Source of the DNA: Eledone cirrhosa
Taxonomy: Eukaryota
Direction of reading: 5' to 3'
Assembly (NCBI GenBank): GCA_964016885.1
Contig: OZ024748.1
Span: 30,318,001-30,382,000 of the forward strand
DNA length: 64,000 bases
Each line of letters opens with the position of its first letter. The stretch's first letter is position 1. Under the pieces are notes generated by a model. It ran no database searches. It was not told where the DNA came from and saw only the letters and a program-made list of their open reading frames with translations. Position numbers and translations under genes: made by a program. Shown piece by piece: positions 11,290 through 28,442 of this stretch.

Positions 11290-13330
11290 TAAAGGAGGTG
11301 ATCAGGATTGCGAGGCAGTGCATTAAGGAAAATTGTAATGTAATTGGAGAGAAGTGTGTCTGTGGTGATAAAGGCACACTTGCCCTTACTGATGTGTAAA
11401 AGAAAATAGCATGGAAGAGCCATTATGAAAGATTACTGAATGACGAGAATGCATGGAAGAAGGAGAGCCTACCCCAAGTAGACTCAACTAAGGGCCCAGA
11501 TGTACAAATTAGCAGCAGTGTAGTAAGTAAGGCAATTAGTTCAGTGGGTTACAGCTTATCCACACATATTGTAAACCACGGAATACTAAATGGTGTCATA
11601 CCAAATAATTGGCATAGCAGCATCATTGTCAACTGCTAAAAGGGTAAAGGAGATGAACTAGATAGAGGAAACTGTAGAGGCATCAAGTTGATGGACAAGG
11701 TCATGAAGTAACAAAAAGAGTTATATCACAACTGATTAGGGACTGGGTTAATCTAGATGAGATGCAGTTCGGATTTGTGCCAGCTAAAAGCGCCACAGAT
11801 GTTACTCTTTGGGTAAGCAGCTATAGGAGAAGTACCTAGCTAAAAGTAAGCTGCTCTACCTGGCATTTGTTGATTTGGAGAAGGCTTTTTACAGAGACAC
11901 CTGTGCCATAATCCAGTGGGCTCTTAGAAAACTAGAAATAGATGATTGGTTTGTGAAGTCTGTGCAAGCCATGTATAGGGGAGCAGTCAACAAAGTTGGG
12001 ATTAATGATGACTATAACAAGGTATTTAGTGTGCAGGTTGGCGTCCACCAGGGCTCTGTTCTTAGCCCTCTCTTGTTTATTATCATGCAGGCTATAACAG
12101 AGGAGTTTAAGACTGGCTGTCCATGGAAATCCTGTATGCAAATGATCTTACACTCATCTATGGTGGAATTGGAGAAGAAATTCCATCCTCTGTCCCAAAT
12201 GCAAACTAAGGGTATACAAGAGATGTAGTGGGATCTCAGGTAGTTTAGCTAAGAATGTAGTGGGATCTCAGGTAGTTTAGCTATTGCACAGCTGCAGTAA
12301 GCAGCAAATGACCACAGGAAACAAGCACTATCAAATTCTGGGTAGGTTCGGTAGAAACAGTAAACAGCTTCTGTTACCTGAGTGACCAAATTAGTAGTGG
12401 AGGTGGGTGTTCAAAAAGTACAGTAGCCAGAGTGAGAACAGGATGGAAGAAGTTCAGGGAGCTACTACCACTGCTAGCTACAAAAGGCTTTTCCCTCAAA
12501 ATGAAAGGCAAACTGTATGATGCGTGCATACAAACAACACTGTTGTATGGTAGTGAGATCTGGGTGCTGTGTGCAGAAGACTTGTGTAGATTGGAAAAAA
12601 ATGAAGCTTGCATGCTCCAATAGATGTGTAATAGTAATATATGTGAATGGCAAAGCATAAACAAACTGAGACAGAAATTAAGCATAAGAGGAATTAGATG
12701 TAGTTTGCAGGAGAGGTGATTACGTTGGTAGGAACATGTGATGTGTATGAAGGATACATCTGTATAAAAAGGTGCAAAGCACTGAAAGTTGATGGAAGCC
12801 TTCGAGTGGGGTGACCCAAGAAGACCTGGGATGAGGTGATAAAAGCTGACCTGCCCAACTGCACCTCTCAAAGACGATGACACAGGACTGAAATCAGTAA
12901 TGCAGACAGAAGACCCGCCTTCCGATGAGTACAGGCTGAAGCATAAATATAGTATACACCACCTTCGCCTCCATCCACCTCCCATGAGCACAGGCTGAAG
13001 CATGCATCTTGTGTGCTCCACCCCCCACCCTCATCCATTACCTCCCATGTCCTAACACTCTGCCCCTCCCACATTCCCAGATACCTACCTCCCCAACCCA
13101 CCACCCACCTCTTCCAACAAAGTTCCCAGCTCACACTGTAAAGTGGTAGTGTAAGTGTCATGACAAAAAGCACCCAGTACTCACAGTAAATGTGCTTGGC
13201 ATTAGGAAGAGCATCCAGCTGTAGGAACCAAGCCAAAATTAGTTCTGTATGAGCAAGACATGGTCACCTGACCTGGCATTTCTCACAACAGGACAACTCC
13301 TCTAACCCATGCTAGAATGGCAAAATGGAC
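11290..13330 (+). mobile_element. Long degenerate RTE-clade LINE including RT domain
   Basis: NCRGIKLMD, QFGFVP, LYLAFVDLEKAF, GVHQGSVLSPLLF, KGKLYDACIQT and the family 3'UTR; internal ~33-bp tandem duplication at 12223-12283. Confidence 0.9.
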
Positions 13331-14096
13331 ATTATTGACTGGATTTAGTCTTTATACTGGTTATGCTGGGGCACCACCTTGAAAAGATTTAGTCAAACAT
13401 ATCAACTGCAGTACTTATTTTTAGATAACCAAAGGTTTATTTGTCAATTATATTTTTTTAATCTTTCATTCTTTACCTGGTTTTAGTCGTTAGACTGTGG
13501 CCATGCTAGGGCACCACCTTGAAGGAATTTAGTTGATCATATCAACCACAGTAACTATTTTTTCAAGTTTGGTACTTATATCATTGATTTCCTTTTTGTC
13601 AAATCACTAAGTTAATTATAAACAAACAGTAAATATAAACACAAGGCTCAGACGCTGGTACACATACATACATATATGTGTGTGCATATATACACATAAG
13701 CACACATACTTACACACACGCATACGTACTCTCATACACACATACATCATCATCGCTGTTTATCATCAATTTTCCATGCTTGCATAGTCAGGTCAGGTGA
13801 TCATGTCTTGTTCATACAGATCTGCTTTCGGCTTGGTTTCTACAGCTGGATGTCTTTACTAATGCTAACCACATTATATTGTGCACAGGGAGCATTTTTT
13901 CATGACACCACAACTACTACTTTATAGGGTGGACTGGGTACTTTTCGCTGTGACACCAGTATGACCATTTTACAAAGTGGACTGGGTGCTTTTTTTTTTA
14001 GCTCTAGCACTGTGGGAGAGCAGGTATGGAGTTAAGCTAGATGACAGATATACACATCTCTATAATTGATATATATAAGTTGATAATATATGAAAA

Positions 14097-14265
14097 TAAA
14101 CTCTGATGATGCCGATTTTGAGCCCATTCTTGGTGGCCACAGTTTAAAACCATAAGAAAATTTGGATAATAATTTTTTGGAAAAAAAATTATTTTTAAAG
14201 TTTCTGATTTTGTAATTTCACATCCTCGGGATGAAGCTCTGTCAGCTGAAACATGTGTTAGTTTA
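14097..14265 (+). ncRNA. Hammerhead ribozyme core with ~138-nt stem II
   Basis: taaact-CTGATGA(14103)...GAAA(14248)-catgtg-TT-agttta; perfect 6-bp stem I. Confidence 0.6.
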
Positions 14266-14294
14266 ATAGCATATTGACTCCTTGGTGCCTTTTA

Positions 14295-15340
14295 ATCATC
14301 ATCATCATCATCATCATCATACGTCCGCTTTTCCCTGCTTGCAAGAGTTGGACGGGTCCCATTCAGCACAGCATCTCTCCATTCATCATGGTCCTTCATC
14401 TTTTCCTCCATGAGCTTCAGTGATCTGAGATCAGCTCTCACCACCTCCGCCCATGTTTTTTGTAGTCTTCCTCTATTGCGTCTTCCTTCTACTGGGACTT
14501 CCTGGTACTTCTTTACCCAGCAGTCACCCTCCATGCGCATCACATGTCGATACCAACGCAGTCTTCTCTCCCGCACACTAATCCCTCTTATACACAGTTT
14601 CTCTCTCAACTCATCTATGCTTGGTTGTTCACGCACATTGACATTGCACATTCAACGGAGCATGCTTGCTTCATTTCTTTCCAGCCATCGCATATCCTCC
14701 GCAGTTGCTTCCCATGTCTCACTACCATGCAACATTGTGCATCTCACACAGGCATCATACAATCAGCTTTTTATTTGTAGGGAGAAACCCTTCTTTGTCA
14801 ACAGAGGAAGCAGCTCCCTAAACTTCTTCCAACCGGTCCTTATTCTAGATACTATGGCCTCGGAACACCTCCCCTCCCATGCTAATCTGATCACCTAGGT
14901 ACCGGAAGCTATCAACCACCTCTTTAGATCCTACCTGCATTTGAAAAATGTGTGTATCACTGCGACTTCTACTATCAAATTTCCCTGTACATCTACTGCA
15001 TATGTAGTTTTCCGTACTCCCACCATTTTCCCAAGCCTTCCATGCTAGTCTTTTGTCTTTAATGGCCCTATCTATTGTGCTGTTCCACTACCAGGTCACC
15101 CTCTGTCTAGTCAGAGCTCTGCTCCAGCCACAGGTTTCTTCAGTAGCCTGCAATAAGTTGTCATGTAAAAAATTCCAGTTATCATCTATGTCATATGACT
15201 CTAAATCGTCTTCTTTTTTGTCAAACACATCTTGAAGGGCTTTCCTAAATTTATATTTTAGTGAAAGGTCTTTTAGCTTCCAGACTTTCCTTTTCCACAC
15301 CTTCCTGTATGTCTCATTTTGTCTTGTGCTTATTGAGATG
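14295..15340 (-). mobile_element. RTE-clade LINE (second subfamily), internally deleted
   Basis: RRLRWYRHVMR, GWKKFRELLPLL and KVWKLKD...NWNFL...EETCGWS on the minus strand; (GAT)n tail at 14295-14320. Confidence 0.85.
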
Positions 15341-15441
15341 TCACTATATATATATGTAAAAGGTAAACAAAAATAACAACACAATCGGTACAGTATAGGG
15401 AAGGAATATATTAGGTTAACTCTTGAAATAACAGGTAAAGG

Positions 15442-15477
15442 TCTTAACGTTTCGGACCCTAGTCCTTCAACAGAAGA
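15442..15477 (-). ncRNA. Minimal hammerhead ribozyme (core A6 mutated)
   Basis: Minus strand: tctt-CTGTTGA-aggactagggtcc-GAAA-cg-TT-aaga. Same family as 44944-44979. Confidence 0.55.
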
Positions 15478-15659
15478 AAGAATGAGAAATTAGAAAAATT
15501 GAAGGGACGGGTGGGGTGGAATTGGAAAAAAATGTTTTTAGAGAAAAATAACCGGTCATATATGAATGTGTGTGTGTGTGTGTGTAAATATATCTCTCTA
15601 TTCTCTCTAGGGCAGGTGAAATTCCCAAGATCTATCAACGAGTTCTCTTCAGTGGTCTC

Positions 15660-16362
15660 TGTCCTTCATCATCATCGCCATGTCCTGCGTCTCCCAGAGA
15701 CCAGTGTCTGTCCTTAGGGATTAAATATATGTCATCCTCAGTCTCCCTCTTCTAGTGTGTTAATGTAGGGGCTCCCACAGGACCACTGAGTGCAGTGTCA
15801 ACTCTGAATGTCAGTGAGTATGTCCAGCTAACCTCTGTCTCCTCTGTGTCACTTTCGAGCTGACCTTTGAGAGGCTCCCATACAGCTCTGAGTTCTTCAT
15901 CCTCAGTGTATACTGATTAATGTTCAGAGCTATCCTCAGCATCCTCGTGTAGCACCCATCCATCATCTGAGTGAGTCTCTTGGTCAGTATCCAAGTCTCA
16001 AACCCGTACAGCAGCACAGACTCAACTGTAATGACAAAGAGACAGAGAGTTAAGGCTAAAAAGATATCAGATGCTGAATTTGCTGACAACATAGTTCTGG
16101 TGACAAACACAGTGAAGCAGACAGAGGAGTTGATGCAAGAGGTGAAGACTGTGGGGCTGAGAATGAATGAGAGTAAGATAAAGTATCTGGTAGAGAACAT
16201 TAAGAAGCTATTGTGAATGTAGGCAGAAAGCCGCTAGAATTGGTTGAGGACTTCCTGTATCTGGGAGCAAAGATTGGGTACACCGAGGATGATGTGGTGG
16301 AGAGGAAGAGCAAAGCTTGGGTGGCATATCACAGTTTGAGGTCAGTGTGGAAGTCGGACCTT
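15660..16362 (-). mobile_element. RTE-type LINE with inverted 5' segment
   Basis: Minus 15700-16045: LFVITVESVLLYGFETW...GCYTRMLR...RLAGH. Plus 16046-16362: KISDAEFADN...DFLYLG...KAW...WKSDL. Confidence 0.8.
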
Positions 16363-16433
16363 CATAAATATCATCATCTTTGTTTAACGTCCATTTTCCA
16401 CGCTAGCATGGGTTAGACATATATATATATATA

Positions 16434-16547
16434 TAATACAAAATCAAAACCAAGGTTGCTATTCCAAATTCTTCTTTAATCTCAACAATATTGGTGAGAT
16501 TAAAGAGGAATTTGGAATAGTAACACTTTGGTTTTTATTTTGTATTA
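16434..16547. repeat. Near-perfect foldback hairpin (~55-bp arms) next to (TA)n
   Basis: taatacaaaatcaaaaccaagg...ctcaacaata|ttggtgag...ttggtttttattttgtatta. Confidence 0.8.
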
Positions 16548-16796
16548 AGTATTTATGCTCTATGACTTTCATTGTCTTCAACTACAAATGTCCTAACTCA
16601 TTGGAGTACATCTTTGAGTTGACTTGGATTCCTCCATTCTGTTGACTCTAATAATGCATTGAGCTTTACACACCTTACCAAAAATAATAATGGATTATTC
16701 CACTATAATTACATATATATAGATGTGTATATGTATGTGTGTGTGTGTGTCATGTTTACATTTACTGTTTGTTTATGTCATATAACTGTGGTTTAA

Positions 16797-17217
16797 CAAT
16801 AAACATTTTAAAAGCCTTCAGTTCTGAATTTGGAAACTGATGATGACGTCGTTTCTGACTCTGATCATTATTAAGTCACTGCTCCTTTATATGGCTATGT
16901 TAGAGTGAACACCTTAATTCTATTTTCTGGCCAAACTTGGTGTCAAAAATTATATGCTTTTGTCTATATTGAGTTCCAGCAGAGAGCAGGGTTAGGGAAC
17001 ACTGACTTGATAACAACCTCAGTCAGAAACAACATTGTTGTCAGTTACCCACCCTTAGCTTCTGCTGGAATTCACTAGATGGCACTACATCATCAGTTTC
17101 CAAATTCATAACTGAAGGCTTTCAAAATGTTTATTCATAAATATACCGTATATCGCTAGATATACAAAATATGCATACTTATATGTATATAGCTATGTTA
17201 AAGTGAACACCTTAATT
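16797..17217. mobile_element. Non-autonomous foldback element with ~48-bp inverted ends and a split 26-bp direct repeat
   Basis: Inverted ends aataaacattttaaaagccttcagttctgaatttggaaactgatgatg / catcatcagtttccaaattcataactgaaggctttcaaaatgtttatt; gctatgttaRagtgaacaccttaatt at ~16893 and ~17192. Confidence 0.55.
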
Positions 17218-17850
17218 ATATGTATAAGGGAAGAAGCAATTTGAATAAAATGGTCATAGCTTCGGTCATTTTCTCACTCACTCAATGATCACTTAAGTTT
17301 GTATTATTAAAATTCGAACCCAGCTAGCCAGAGTGCACACTTTCGTTAATCAGTGAGGAAAACGACTTTGTGTAGATAAGATGTTAAGGTACCAAGGCTG
17401 CTGCAACAGTTCCTGCAGTCCCAATCTACTGGCAGTGCACTGAAAGGTGCAGCTATGTACAGAATATTAGGTAAGGATAGTACAGATTATGTAATTAAGC
17501 ATGGGGCTGGTTCGTCAGCGGGAGTTTGCCTCTCTGTGATAGAAAGACAAAAATGGCATGCTACATGCTGTAAACCCTTTTATGACATGTGACATCACAT
17601 CAAAGAGGAGGTAAGTCAGGCCTGACTAGTTTACAGGGAATTACATTGGCAAAAAAATTCACATTGAAAAAATGTGATTATTACCAAAAGCACTCTACCA
17701 GTGTGCTTTCAAATAGAAAACAAATACAGTACAGCAAACAATAAAAATCAAACTAGGTAAAAAGAGTGAGAAAGTTCAACTTACAGTTCAACTTGCAGTA
17801 TAGTTCACGGGGAGTTAAAATAATTAAGAGACGAAGCAAGTTGAATAGAC

Positions 17851-18083
17851 TTGCGTAAATCAGAAAGAAATGAAGCTTGCATGCTCCGTTGGATGTGTAA
17901 TAGTAATGTACACGAACGGCAAAGAGAGAGACTAAGCATAAGAGGTATCAAATGTTGTGTGCAGGAGAGAAGATTGCATTGGTGTGGATATGTGATGTGT
18001 ATGAAGGACCACAGCTGTATAAAAAAGTGCAGAGCTATGAAAATTGATGGAAGCTACGGAGTGGGTAGAGCAAGAAAAACCTA
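17851..18083 (+). mobile_element. RTE LINE fragment
   Basis: ERNEACMLRWMCNSN...RRLHWCGYVM...GRARKT. Confidence 0.85.
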
Positions 18084-18724
18084 ACAAATCCCTTGAATAT
18101 ATTAAACTTAACTCCAACCACCCCAAAAATATAACAAACAATCTTGTTAGAAGTGTATCCCTTAGAATTTCAAGCATTTCAGCTAATGAAGACATCACTC
18201 CCTACTATAATGATGCCCTAGTCTGAAGTGGTTTTATGGACAAGATCACCTACATAGAGCACGAGACCACCTAACAGAAATAGACACAGTCAAATCAGCT
18301 GGTACTCCCTCGCCTCCATTTTAACAAGGTGGTCTCTACACCTACAGCTAGGATCTTCTTTAAATTATTAAACAAATACTTCCCCACACAACACAAGTAC
18401 TATACTATTTTTACAGGAACACTATTAGACTTTCTTACTCTGCAACATCAAACCTAGCTAGGAACATAGCCAACTTTAATATTTCTAAACTGAATAAGTC
18501 TACAAATTCTGAAACTCATGTCTGTAATGGTGCACTGTGCAATTGCCCAAATAAGGATACCTACTCATTGAAGAACAAATGCTTGATGAATGACATTGTT
18601 TACAAATGTGATGCTATTTTAGGTAATAACAACAAAACTTACATCGGCATGAATTCCAATAGTCACAAAACCTAGTGGTACATCCATACCAAACTGCACT
18701 GGTGACCTATGTATGGGACCTTAA

Positions 18725-19032
18725 CCTCTTCAGTGACATAGACGAGATAACTCATCCTAACATGTATGCATTCCAGTGCCTTGGACGAGATAACTCATCC
18801 TAACATGTTTGAACTCTTTTCCAACAGTCATAACTTCAAAGTTATGAACACGTTTCCAACAGTTCATAACTTCAAAGCTAGATAGGGTTACAAGTTTATT
18901 GATGTGAAGTTTGCGAATCATTTAGATATGTGATGTCAATAAATGTTTGTTTAAAAAAATAATAATTTTACTGGAAAAAAAGACCTGGTACAACAACTGA
19001 AGCTGTGTAAAATATACGTGGCAGTCAACAGA
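18725..19032. mobile_element. TTAA-flanked non-autonomous (piggyBac-like) insertion in the Penelope endonuclease
   Basis: TTAA on both sides; removing it restores YVWDLKKKSI. Contains internal tandem duplications. Confidence 0.65.
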
Positions 19033-19539
19033 TTAAGAAGAAATCTATCCTCTTCACCCTCATTTGGAAAACAGTCCATAGGGCGAGCTCATACACCGGG
19101 GACCACAGGTTTACGTATCTCTGAAAGGTACAAGATACTATTCGCCAAGCTACATACCGAATTTGCATTCATTAGCTTAGCCGCCGCCTAAAGCTTCGTT
19201 AATGCTGTACTAAAATTTGTATATATATATATTTAATACTTTCATGTTTATACCATCATATATTTGTATTTTAACCACCAACACCACAACTATTTTCAAC
19301 AATCGTATTATGTTCATTTTCTTCGCACATATAAAATTTTTATTTTTATTTTTTATCATCTTCGCTATAACTTATTTATTATTATTCATTTATTATCAAT
19401 ACTTTTATTTTTCTCTCTATTTTTCTTTTTCTTTATCTTTTTTCTTCTTTCTTTCTTTTTTTTCTCTCTATCTTTTTCTTTTTCTTTCTTTATTAATTAT
19501 GTTGTAATTTGAATTTGCAAACGCTGTGTATAATTTTAA

Positions 19540-19654
19540 ACAGTTTTTCCGATGATTTGGTTAAGCATACATCGTATTTAAAATTGACTGACACAACTTC
19601 AAGTGATTAGCAATTTTAAGACAACTTAACCAATGAAACAATTGTTAATACTGT
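19540..19654 (+). ncRNA. Hammerhead ribozyme at Penelope 3' end, ~79-nt stem II
   Basis: acagttttt-CCGATGA-ttggttaag...cttaaccaa(t)-GAAA-caattg-TT-aatactgt. U4 is mutated to C. Confidence 0.6.
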
Positions 19655-19827
19655 AAATAAAACCCTTTTTGTACTGTTGACCATGTTATTCTTCACTCTT
19701 TCACTATATATATATACACAGAGGTATCCACTGTAAGTTGTGGGGTCTATTCTGTATGAAGAACTCAATGTAATCCATATGTTGAAAATGTTGTAGGTTA
19801 AGATAAATATCAGAAAACAGAGTCATG

Positions 19828-20174
19828 ATATAAGTTAAAACAATGAAATAAAAAATCAAGTCATTAGAGATATACTTCACTGCTTTACGATCGTTTCTAG
19901 ATGGTGATAATACATTGTATCTATACTCAGTTATTGATCTATGTAAGTTTACAAACTATCAGATAGAGAGAATATTTACTTACATGCATATCACCAGAAA
20001 ACAGCTGGTGATATGCATGTAAGTAAATATTCTCTCTATCTGATAGTTTGTAAACTTACATAGATCAATAACTGAGTATAGATACAATGTATTATCACCA
20101 TCTAGAAACGATCGTAAAGCAGTGAAGTATATCTCTAATGACTTGATTTTTTATTTCATTGTTTTAACTTATAT
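19828..20174. repeat. Apparently perfect 170-bp inverted repeat with 7-nt loop
   Basis: Arms 19828-19997 and 20005-20174; right arm carries GAAA-cgatcg-TA and ends in (TA)n. Confidence 0.9.
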
Positions 20175-20235
20175 ATATATATATATATATATAAAGGAGG
20201 AAGTTATAGTTCACTTGAAGCATTGTGTAATGAGG

Positions 20236-20602
20236 TATAAACGTTTGTATATGTATAATAAAGCCAAAACAATGCAGGTATGAACATAGAATAAAGAATG
20301 CAAATGCAAAAGATATTGTTGACAATTAGTCTTTTACCTTAAATTTATTTAAATGTCCTTAATTTTCGAGATAATATCTCTTCTTCTAAATAGCTTGCCA
20401 AGTCATGGTGACTTGGCAAGCTATTTAGAACACTGGTTTAACCACTTTACCGAAGAAGAGATATTATCTCGAAAATTAAGGACATTTAAATAAATCTAAG
20501 GTAAAAGACTAATTGTCAACAATATCTTTTGCATTTGCATTCTTTATTCTATGTCCATACCTGCATTGTTTTGGCTTTATTATACATATACAAACGTTTA
20601 TA
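20236..20602. repeat. ~150-bp inverted repeat with an inner perfect 22-bp hairpin
   Basis: Arms ~20236-20386 and 20452-20602; inner hairpin 20384-20430; relic core CCGAAGA-agagat/atctc-GAAA at 20450-20474. Confidence 0.85.
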
Positions 20603-21433
20603 TATATATACAATGTTTGGCTGAAAAGTTCATATTCTGACTATGAGGGAGTGATGATAGAGCTGTAAAATCTTGTGTGCATTAATTTCAACTCTTTTAA
20701 TCAATAATCTCACTGTTTTCTTTCAGCGACTATGTTGAAAAATAAACCTCATTTGGTTATTCCATGAAAGTATCTTAGTCAGCCTATATATAAATATAAG
20801 CTCCTTCCCCTAAAAAAAGAGGCATGTTGGTGTTTTCACCCTTATAGAAACAAGTGTGATGGGTGGGAGACAATATCATAGACTTCCTAAATTTGAGTGC
20901 TCCACTTCACGATGTCCAGCTAATTGATGTTTCATTCTGCTGCTTGTTCCCACTTCATCCAATCATCTTGCTTTCGTATACTCACCAGACAAAAAACTCC
21001 ATACAAGTTGATGGTTATATAGATTTTGTTTTATCTTTTACTGTATTTTTTTATCATGACTCTGGTGGGATGTTGTCCGTATCCCACCTGTCACTCACTC
21101 ATCTTGTTAGGCAAACAGCTATATAAGTGGGTGCTGATGAAGGCACATGGTCTAATAGTTAGGATGTTTGTTGTCAGTTTCATTCTTGGAAAGGCTGCTG
21201 CTGCGTCTTGTTCTTGAACAAAACACTTTATTTCACCTTGCTCCAGTACATTCAGCTGAGATGAGTACCAGCAGAAACTGGGGAGTTAAACCTATGATAG
21301 ACTGGTGTCCTGTCCTGGGAGAGTCTTGTACTCTCAGTCGCTTAATGCCAAAGAAGCAATGATAAGCACTGCCCTGATGAGCCTCTGGCTTAAAACAGAC
21401 CCATGCTGGAGGTGTGTATTTTAGTAGTTTGGG

Positions 21434-21724
21434 CAGTGATTGCGAACGTGGGGCGCATGTCCCATAAGGGGGGGGGGGGCAATTTGAAAATGATGCTAAT
21501 GAGAGAAAACTTCAGGTTTTACCTTATTACTTTTACACTAAGGCAACTTTGGAACCAATTACTGTCGGAAAACTCCTGCCTCACCTCCCCCACACACGCT
21601 AATGTGCATCTGGCATTACCCATATGCCAATTTATTTACACTTTAATCATCGCTGTTTTTATATTAAAGTGAGGCATAAAAATGTGAGATATTGAGGTGG
21701 GGCACAAAAAGTTGGGAGCCACTG
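21434..21724. mobile_element. hAT-type MITE
   Basis: CAGTG...CACTG ends; 8-bp flanks agtttggg/agttaggg. Confidence 0.7.
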
Positions 21725-22289
21725 AGTTAGGGTGTTTATAAGTTCACGAGTTCGAATTCGGGTGGCGCGGTGCAGTGGATCCTTGAACAAAACACTTTAT
21801 TTTATGTTGCTCCATTTCACACACCTGGCAAAAATGAGTTGTGTCTGTATTTCAAATGATCAGCCTCTTCAAAGTCGCGCTGAATCTCCGCAAGAACTAC
21901 GTTGAGGGTACACGTGTCTATGGGATGCTCAGTCATTTGTACGTTGATTTCACGAGGTTACTCTGTTGTTCGAAAAACTGGAACTCACATCGTCGAAAGC
22001 TGCTATTTCTAGCAGGTCGAATGACCACATGATCATTCGACCTGCTATAAATAGCAGCCAAACCCCAAGCCCAAATACCCTTCAATGTGATTTCTACCTA
22101 TTTTCTTTTATATTATATTCACTCGATTTTTATCATTCTTGGCCCGACTGCTGTCATCTTCTGATACGGAAGTATCTTAAAACGAAAGAATACCATATAT
22201 TTCAAACTGGTATAAATTTTAATAAACTGCAGTAACTATTTTTTCATCAACATACTGAACAGAGCCGCAAAAGTACCATTACATTCATA

Positions 22290-22467
22290 GTTGTTTCTAC
22301 TTTTGGCACAAGGTCAGCAATTACTCAGTAAATTACTGGTACTTTATTTTATCGACCCCGTATGGATGAAAGGAAAAGTTAACCTCGACGGGATTTGAAC
22401 TCAGACCGTAAAGGGACGTAACTATGCTGGAAAGCATGGCGTCCGACCCTCTACCGATACTGCCAAA
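22290..22467 (-). mobile_element. tRNA-derived SINE (Meta-like central domain)
   Basis: Reverse complement of the 40905-41093 copy. Confidence 0.8.
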
Positions 22468-22694
22468 TAGTGCACACTAGGGAACGTTCTCCCAAACCGT
22501 CAGGAATTGTATCATTGTGTATTCTATATTTACACCCACACACATTGTTGTATTTTGAGACTGGAAGCTTTATTCATTATTAACTAACACAGAACTAACT
22601 TTTAGTTACCGGCGTTGATAACCATGAGAAATCGAATACCAAATTTCTTCTGTTGTGTTTATTGTGATACTGACAAACCGGATATGACGATTCT

Positions 22695-22765
22695 AAACTT
22701 CCGAATTTGAATATAGTTCGGCGCATGCGTCAAGTATACTGCCTTTCCTCTCTGGACCCGCCATC
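22695..22765 (+). promoter_or_regulatory. RPS15 promoter and 5'TOP
   Basis: ETS-like acttccg (~22697), NRF1-like gcgcatgcgt (22721-22730), pyrimidine tract cctttcctctct (22742-22753) just before the ATG-only coding part of exon 1. Confidence 0.7.
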
Positions 22766-27948
<5,183 letters not shown>

Positions 27949-28442
27949 ATGGAAATTATTTACTATTTATACTTGTTTCATTTATTGCATGCGAAATTTT
28001 AGCTGTTCAAGGAAAGAGTAACTGTTTGATGTGTTTGTCAGGTGTAGTTAGTTCTGTGACAGACCAACAAAAGAATATCTATGTGATAATTCTTCATGTG
28101 TTTTACTGTTCATTTGTGTATAAGTTATGCTTTAGTTACATACACATCTCATAAATACAGATACAGACAACAGAGGTATACACGCACATCATCTATGTAA
28201 TGATTAAGGAAGGGGTGATGAAATGCTCTAGCAATGAGCATTCCAAGATTAGCTATACTTATGTTTATATTTATATACTCGTACATATGCAAATGCACAC
28301 ACAATTGTAATGAATCCTAGGAAGCTGTGTATGTAATAATTACCCTTAACTTCCCAGTTCATCATGTGTCTATATCTATATTACATTAATTGCTTGCACA
28401 AGGAAGCATCTTTTTAAAAAAACACTGTTGCAAGCTGCTTAA

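Larger units (their letters stand above)
18084..19715 (+). mobile_element. Penelope-like element 3' part (RT thumb + GIY-YIG endonuclease + AT-rich pLTR)
   Basis: YIKLNSNHPKNI...RISSISANE, RNTIRLSYS, CNCPNKD...CLMNDIVYKC...KTYIGM, YVWDLKKK; ends in a hammerhead core and (TA)n. Confidence 0.85.

Noticed and set aside
17325-17522. Minus-strand CTGACGA ... GAAA-gtgtgcac-TC hammerhead candidate
   Set aside because: Stem I is only ~3 bp and stem II closure is poor; not supportable by eye.
19217-19512. Hydrophobic Phe-rich ORFs resembling membrane proteins
   Set aside because: T-rich low-complexity tail of the Penelope element.
21370-21400. CTGATGA-gcc/ggc motif
   Set aside because: No GAAA core follows; it is the 3' part of a SINE.
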